This document shows positions 63,801 to 64,000 of a stretch of 64,000 nucleotides of DNA, one piece after another. This DNA comes from Dendrobates tinctorius (lineage: Eukaryota). The stretch lies in contig NW_027361754.1 of the NCBI RefSeq assembly GCF_039654945.1, forward strand, positions 7,750,001-7,814,000, given 5' to 3'. The position numbers and the translations under genes were made by a program. The first letter of the stretch is position 1. Each line of letters starts with the position of its first letter. Under the pieces are notes generated by a model. That model searched no databases. It saw only the letters and a program-made list of their open reading frames with translations, and was not told the DNA's origin.

Positions 63801-64000
63801 TATAGTGTGCGGGAAGGGGCACCTGAGTCTCATCAGGGTCAAAATCTGGCTCTGTACACTGTGAGGACATTGTAGTGCTCTGAGTGAATGTACCAGCAGA
63901 ATCATCCATCAGCGGCTGTGCATCAGTGCACTCCATGTCAGATTCATCTTGGCCTGGGTAATTCACCATTTGACTTGATAATCCAGGCATGGTATGTGAA
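60864..64000 (-). pseudogene. hAT (ZBED-like) transposase with a single +1 frameshift
   Basis: BED finger (SAVWQFF..CKKC..LRHLTSMH), TTDAWSS, VSDNG, PCLAHTLNL, TRWNS, LDPRYK, SERVFSAAG. The frame changes at the G6 run 61523-61528. Confidence 0.92.

Larger units (their letters stand above)
57247..64000 (-). mobile_element. Large hAT DNA transposon (continues beyond the window)
   Basis: Terminus TAGAGTTGAGCG with CGA/TCGG-rich subterminal motifs, and a transposase on the minus strand. Confidence 0.8.

Overview
This is eukaryotic, vertebrate-type genomic DNA. The repeat repertoire suggests an anuran amphibian, which is an inference. I found no convincing host protein-coding gene. The window is a dense, nested collection of transposable elements, and most ORF-track entries are artefacts of repeats. 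DNA transposons: a two-gene PIF/Harbinger element with a spliced transposase and a MADF/BESS-type partner exon (<1-3850), an intact DD34E Tc1 element (23295-24899), degraded Tc1/mariner copies, many MITEs, and a large hAT element (57247->64000). The hAT element has a BED-finger transposase broken by one homopolymer frameshift and carries an 18 x 130-bp internal satellite. Retroelements: L1, L2 and CR1 LINE relics and several solo LTRs with target-site duplications (TSDs). Two observations stand out. First, an LTR-bounded element with a polypurine tract (PPT) and no recognisable gag/pol (27604-33426, minus strand) carries a cold-shock-domain (CSD) ORF, which becomes complete only after a MITE is excised in silico. 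Second, three minimal hammerhead-ribozyme motifs lie within 5 kb in non-coding Penelope-like inserts, one of them enclosed by a perfect 42-bp inverted repeat and a 14-bp TSD. All calls come from reading the sequence by eye; no database searches were run.
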